64,000 nt of DNA from Eukaryota sp. GEM-RC1 (Eukaryota), in assembly GCA_040285855.1 (NCBI GenBank), contig JAUFOQ010000013.1:310001-374000 (forward strand). Direction: 5' to 3'. Both the position numbers and the translations under genes were made by a program. Below the pieces are notes generated by a model. The model had not been told where the DNA came from, ran no database searches, and saw nothing but the letters and a program-made list of their open reading frames with translations. Below, one piece after another: positions 58,255 through 64,000 of the stretch; position 1 is the first letter of the stretch; every line of letters starts with the position of its first letter.

Positions 58255-59650
58255 CTAAAAATACTAAAATCAAACGAATGCAACACATGAAAAAATTTAG
58301 CCGCAATGTTCAACATCTTTATTACATTTAAAAGAACTGTACAGAAGGAATTTAATTTTGTTAATCACAAAGACACTGTTTATATTGTACTAAGTGTCCG
58401 ATGTAAACAAGAATCGTTTTGCGATGTTCGCACACGAATTCTTTGCTAGATGTGACGTTTTCTTCAGGTTAAAGGCAGGGCTTTCGGACTGCAGTCGCCA
58501 GCCTCGACTGTTCTTATTCGCGTTGCTAAAGGTAAGCGTTCTTTGAGACTCGAAAGATCTCTTATTTCTTCATATAAGAATAAATATCTTCTCAATATCG
58601 ATTTACAAGCAATTCATCACACAGTTAAGAACGAATACTTACAAACGTAGAAAAAGATATACCCTTCAAAATTTCTGAAATTCTTCATCAAGATACCAAC
58701 ACTCACAAGACTTTTTTCAGAAACATTAAACCAATGGGCAAATATTGTTACAACTAAATTATACGTAAACAAATATATTGAAATCCATAATACAGAAGAA
58801 CGCAAATCATACCTTCAAATTTCTCTACTATCAGGTAACTCCATATGAACCCTCGTTTTCTCACTTTTGGAACCTACCTTTCTTTTTTTAAGGAGTTTTT
58901 AGAAATTTAGTCTGAAAGAGAACAGAGTGTTGCATCATCAAGAAGCTGAGATAGTTGGTGTTAAATGTTGTGTCAAAGGCAAAGAAAAATTTTGTGTGTA
59001 AAATACTAAACTTACAAGTAGCAATCTCATCATGTTGATTCGAAATTGCCACGTCATTGAATCTGTATTTCTTTGTATTTTTTGTTCTATTGTATTTTTC
59101 GTATTTAATGTATTGTATCAGAACAAAGTGTATGTATTGTTTAGGTATGATTGAGAATATGGTTAGTGACCTGTCCTTCGTTGTTGTTGGTCTGTGAATA
59201 CAAATACACATTCTTGTTTATATATTCTTGTTCACACCACTGATTCACCTTCCTTTCACTTAATGGTGCGAAAGAGGTCGAAAAACAAAGCTACTATTGG
59301 CCACCTTTTTGAGATCGTTCTTAGTGTCTAGCTTTCACGTAATCATACCGTTGATTCATTCGTCTGTTATAAGTGCAAAAAACTAACCTGAATTCACTAC
59401 AATCTCTGAACACGCATATATAATTGTGTTTGCTAAGGCCCATAACCTTGCTTTTTAGTCCTGACCTTCCGAAACACATATGGAAATCATCATTGGATGA
59501 CAGACAATTTCGGTTCCCATCGAAAAAGAGCAGTTTCTTCCAATAGACACCATATGCGATTGATATTATATTGGAATCAACAACAAATGACATGCAACGT
59601 TCGACCATATTTATCCTTATGTCTGCTGCTAAAGATAAAAGATATGGTAC

Positions 59651-60274
59651 TGTAATGTAAAGTAGAATTATAGTCTTCATTCTTTGCTTTTTCTAGCTAC
59701 ATAAACCTTTGTTAGTTTTACTAGCATCGATATGTATTGGCTTTTACACTAACCCAAGTCACTACTACTCGTATGTTATCCAACAACTATTACTACAGGT
59801 TCAGTAAAACGAAAAACTCCTCCTCCCGCCGAGGCAGCTCTACCACTGCTGATGAAGTCTCGTTAGGACTTCTTGCTCCACACGCTTACTTAAACCTTTT
59901 CACACTACTTCTGTCAACCTTGACTATCTCAAAGCTGTCGCTGCTCTTGATAACCAAGAAACTGTCCTCGACGCCGTACTTGAGTACGATCACAACAAAG
60001 GCTACCTTCTAGTTAGATGGAAAGATGAGACAACAACATGGGAACCTCATCATACCATATCCAAAACAGAAGCCTGGAAGAGTTTCATGGTTTCACATAA
60101 TTTGAACTAATTTAATCATTCAGCAAAGAATTCAATACAATAATTTACTTGGTATTGTTTGATCATGAGAGATCGAGCAACAAGAGAAAGACCTGTGTAA
60201 TGTAAAGTAGATTTACAGTCTTCATTCTTTGCTTTTTCTAGCTACATAAACCTTTGTTAGCTTTACTAGTAGCA
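59651..60274 (+). mobile_element. TRIM-like miniature LTR retroelement, copy 2
   Basis: LTRs 59651-59726 and 60196-60274; perfect 4-bp TSD GTAC; internal GYLLVRWKDETTTWEPHHTISKTEAWKSF (chromodomain). Confidence 0.85.
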
Positions 60275-62828
60275 GTACCAAATTCAAACTGGATTCAAAA
60301 TCAATTTTTTTCTGTCTCATGGTTTCAATTTTATCCAAACCTGTCACGTTTACGTAGAAACTGCAGTGTTTGCTTGTCAACATGTCACAATTAGCGTAAC
60401 TGACCTGCTCGATGTTCCGCTTTTTGATACTACTTCTGCTGACTTTCACTTCTTACTTTCTACTGATGTGTCTGCTCCTGTATGTCCTTTTTAGTAAGGT
60501 AAATGTTCTGGGGGAAAACTCTGCTGGTAGACCTCTGCTATATTGCATGTCTTGTACTCCTTCCAATAATATGTTTGATTTTATCACCCTAGATTATACT
60601 AGTATGTAGCATGTATATACTCTTAATAATAGTTTCTCTAGGATACACAAGAAAGCGTTGTAGAACTCTTGTACGACAAGCTCGAATACAGTTGATTACA
60701 CGGTTTGCGTGTATGTGGAACAACCAACTGGGTCAAGCTGTACAACCGCCATTAGTGTTTATTCATGAAGTAAGCTTAAGAACAGAAGATTAGATCACCC
60801 AAAAATCAACAAATTGTTTTCTATCCAATTGTCCACAATGTGCGAAGACATTCATTCTTATAGCAACTCATCGACTGATTTGAAAGTGCTTCACAGTGAT
60901 GACTTCCTTATCAACTCGTACTCCTGATAGTGAGTACCCATAAAATCTTTCAAAATAGATCGAGAATGGGTGTTAGAGGAGGAATGCAAAGTAGGATAGT
61001 CACAATCCCACTTCAGAAGTATTAAGAAAGTGTGGTAAAGTACTGTCCAGAGAGCACCCATAGAGTCTTTTTTTGGGTTGCTCAACTGAAGAAACAACAG
61101 TAGACTCGGAAAAGGAAGAAGGTGGAGTATTGGTCACTTAGTGATAAAAAATATAAAATATAGTGGGGGGAATACACAATTAGGAATGGGGAATATGCAT
61201 ATAGAATGAAATTCACTGGAGTAGATTAAATAATGATTGTCCTTCCTTCGGGAATAAAGATGAACTGTAAAAGTTTAATCGAGTTTCAAGATGGATTGCT
61301 GAAATACCAAAGATAATATTGGACGTAGATTTTTAATTGAAACACTGCTTTGCTAATGTTTCCTATTGTCTATAAATAAACAATTATGATGAAAGTTTCT
61401 CTCATCATGTAAGCTTAACGAATTAAAATATTATACACATATAAAAGACTTTTTAAAAACAGAATATTTGTTGATATTAAGTAATCAATTCATTGACTCA
61501 TTGACAGAAAATGATGAAAACAACTCATACAGAGAATTTGTAACATAAGTAGAAACACCGTGCGAATCAATTAATCGGAAAACTCATCAAAAAACACGTG
61601 TTGATTTACTACTGTAGTTCTTGAAGATCAACATTAAAATATTTCCAAAATTCTTGTATTAACGTCACCAATGAGCAACTGCTCTGAATTTTGCAAAAAA
61701 ACAAGAAATGACTTGAACAAGTTTCTCTTATCAAACAACGATGAACACATTTACAACGATATCAGTGACAAGTTAAGGCGGCAGAGATGAAGATGATTTT
61801 CAATTCCTTGTGGATGAGTCAGAAGAAGATGAAAAAGTGGTTGTTGTAACACAACTAGGGGAAAAAGCGGTAACGGAAGTGCGAGTAGGAGCGAAACCAC
61901 AAAGGGCCGAGGACCGCGAACCCTTGTAAGAAGCAGCTGCATATTTGACAACGAGAAGTACAGAGAGGGAAAGATCGAAAGTAGTAACTGAAGAAGATAA
62001 ACAAGACGGAGACCATGAAGGAGTAGAGATGAAGATTCAAGAACAAAATAGTCATGTCTACTCAGGAGGTAGACATGACAGAACGATCATAGAGCAAACG
62101 TTGATGTCAGTACTGATGAAGAGCATAATCCATGTCTAGTGACATCAATTCTTGGTCTAATCCCTTCCGTATGTGATGTCTTCTCGAACCTCCAATTCAT
62201 CTACCGCTCTCTTGTTCTTCTGTTCTCACATGAAGACTCCTTCACTCTTTACACGAGTTCACTCAAGAAGTACCAAGTTAATTTTCTAAGAAATTCTTTC
62301 CAAATCTCAGATTACTTAGAATCCAAAGGTTTATGTAATTCCTCTACGTTTAAAGAATACCTATTTCTTTCCCCATAGAAACTAAAACTCATTGAGGACT
62401 GTCCAAGCATCGTTTTGGATATAAGAATATTGATAAGAAGAGTGGTCATTTACATTCAAAAGTTACTAATTATATGACTCAAGAACACACGTTTTAAGAG
62501 CATTTGTGTAGAAAATGTTTTGAGCATCGATCTCAACCACACTTGGAAAATACCTCCACTCCATGAAAAATACTATAACACATACAGAAAAATACAAAAT
62601 AACTCGACTAAATAAAACTGTCGCAAAGGTCCTGGTGAGAACTTTTAGTATTTAAAAGTAACAATGACTAAAATCATACGGACGCCAAAGAAAAACTAAA
62701 CATAACAAAACATCAAAAATACCCGAACAAATACATGTACCAGGCGGGAAAACAGATTCAGATTTTTGACAGATGTTTTCAATTTCTGTAAGAAAATCTC
62801 CAACAAAGTTTAACCCTCTTAAGTCTTC

Positions 62829-63238
62829 TTATTCAACACATTTTGTCAAGAACATACTGCTCCAGTCCCAATTGGTCATTTTTGAAGGGTAAATCTCCAT
62901 AAGAGTAGTTTTAAGATGAGGACATTGGAAGTAAGTAGCCAGGTAGAAGATGTCATAGACGTTAGAAGAAGTGAGGTCAATGGTGTGACCAAAGAAGGAA
63001 GAGATGAAGGCGGAGAAAGACTCGGATGATATGGGCAAATGCGAGAAGTCCAAAGGGTTCTCAAAGCGATCTCCAAACTCCATAAACCAAAGAGAGAAGA
63101 AGTACTGAGAGTTGAAAGCAAGGACTGACTTAATGACAGAAAAGGACTCACCATTAAAGATAATGGTTTGATCATGGAGACTGGAGTGTTGGACTGGAGT
63201 GTAGAGAGAGTGTTGGGAGAGGTGGATGTGAGTGACAT
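62829..63238 (-). pseudogene. BTB/POZ gene fragment (copy B)
   Basis: LWFMEFGDRFENPLDFSHLPISSESFSAFISSFFGHTIDLTSSNVYDIFYLATYFQC; frameshift just after the ATG segment. Confidence 0.65.
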
Positions 63239-64000
63239 TTGATTTGAACTGCTTTAGAATTTTATGTGGATGATGAGATTAAATCAGTGTTTGTTAGAGT
63301 TGTCAACGGCTTCAGCTATATGAATTGGCTTTGGCTTGAGTCATTTGAGTAAGTCAAGCCAAATGTGGATATGACTTGGTTCATATCAATCAACTTCTGA
63401 CTTGAGCCCAGCCGTTTGACTGCTCTATGTTTTGTGAAAAGTTATTACTCAAATGTGCACTTCCTAATCTGTCACTGATAAGATTGCAGACTTGTAAAAT
63501 TTGTATCCATCATTATGCAAGTTGCAGATGATAATGACAAAAAACAAACCAAAACACAATCTACATAGAAGGAAAATAATATGTACGAAACAGACACAGA
63601 AGTGTTCTGATCAACAGCACCACAGTTCTTATACAACTTAGTGATAAATGACTAAATATTTGTGGACATCGATAGTAACAGATGATCATTAGTCTTAACA
63701 TGTGACATGGTTTATAAGCATAAGTTGCGAATCACAAAAATTTGACATTGTGATTTTGTGAGTGACGACAATCACATAACAACATCACATTGATTGAACA
63801 AAATGTCGTTTTGGTAAGACTTTGCTGAACATTATCTGCATTACATAGATCAGAGTTACACATCAACAAGAGATGTAGTTTTATAGTGTTGTGTAATTTC
63901 ATATTCCGTTTTTATCTTCCCTCTTACATCATAAGAAGTTCTTTTCCTAATAAAGAAAGATACCGGAATAGTTTCGATTGGTAATTACTGAACACAAAAA

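Larger units (their letters stand above)
58421..63519 (+). repeat. segmental duplication copy B (no MULE insertion)
   Basis: Direct-orientation copy of 30736-39061 lacking 35641-38792. Confidence 0.95.

Noticed and set aside
1..64000. tRNA, rRNA, CRISPR arrays, prokaryotic operons
   Set aside because: None recognisable by eye; introns and the transposon content indicate a eukaryotic nuclear locus

Overview
AT-rich eukaryotic DNA, heavily fragmented by transposons. It has short 31-33 nt GT-AG introns and apparently uses the standard genetic code. The gene content (PPDK-derived domain, BspA LRRs, RI-like LRR kinases, BTB proteins) suggests an anaerobic protist such as a metamonad (inference). 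Host-like genes: a BTB-BTB/DUF4116-like gene; an MLKL-like four-helix-bundle + kinase + LRR gene with a standalone MLKL-like paralog 8 kb away; a RING-kinase-LRR pseudogene; a standalone LRR gene; a MITE-interrupted nucleotidyltransferase of a family known from giant viruses and fungi; and a chimeric membrane protein in which a degenerate PPDK N-terminal domain is joined via a TM helix to beta-sandwich repeats and BspA LRRs. Mobile DNA: an intact, very young Ty3/gypsy element with only 66-bp identical LTRs and an extra upstream ORF, nested in a decayed hAT element; a 5'-truncated Fanzor (eukaryotic TnpB-derived nuclease) with a structured 3' region; a decayed MULE; five hAT-type MITE families with 8-bp TSDs; a ~620-bp TRIM-like mini LTR element; three CRE/R2-type non-LTR fragments; and a ~5 kb segmental duplication. 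All calls come from reading motifs by eye; no database searches were run. Several frameshifts lie in homopolymers and may be assembly errors.
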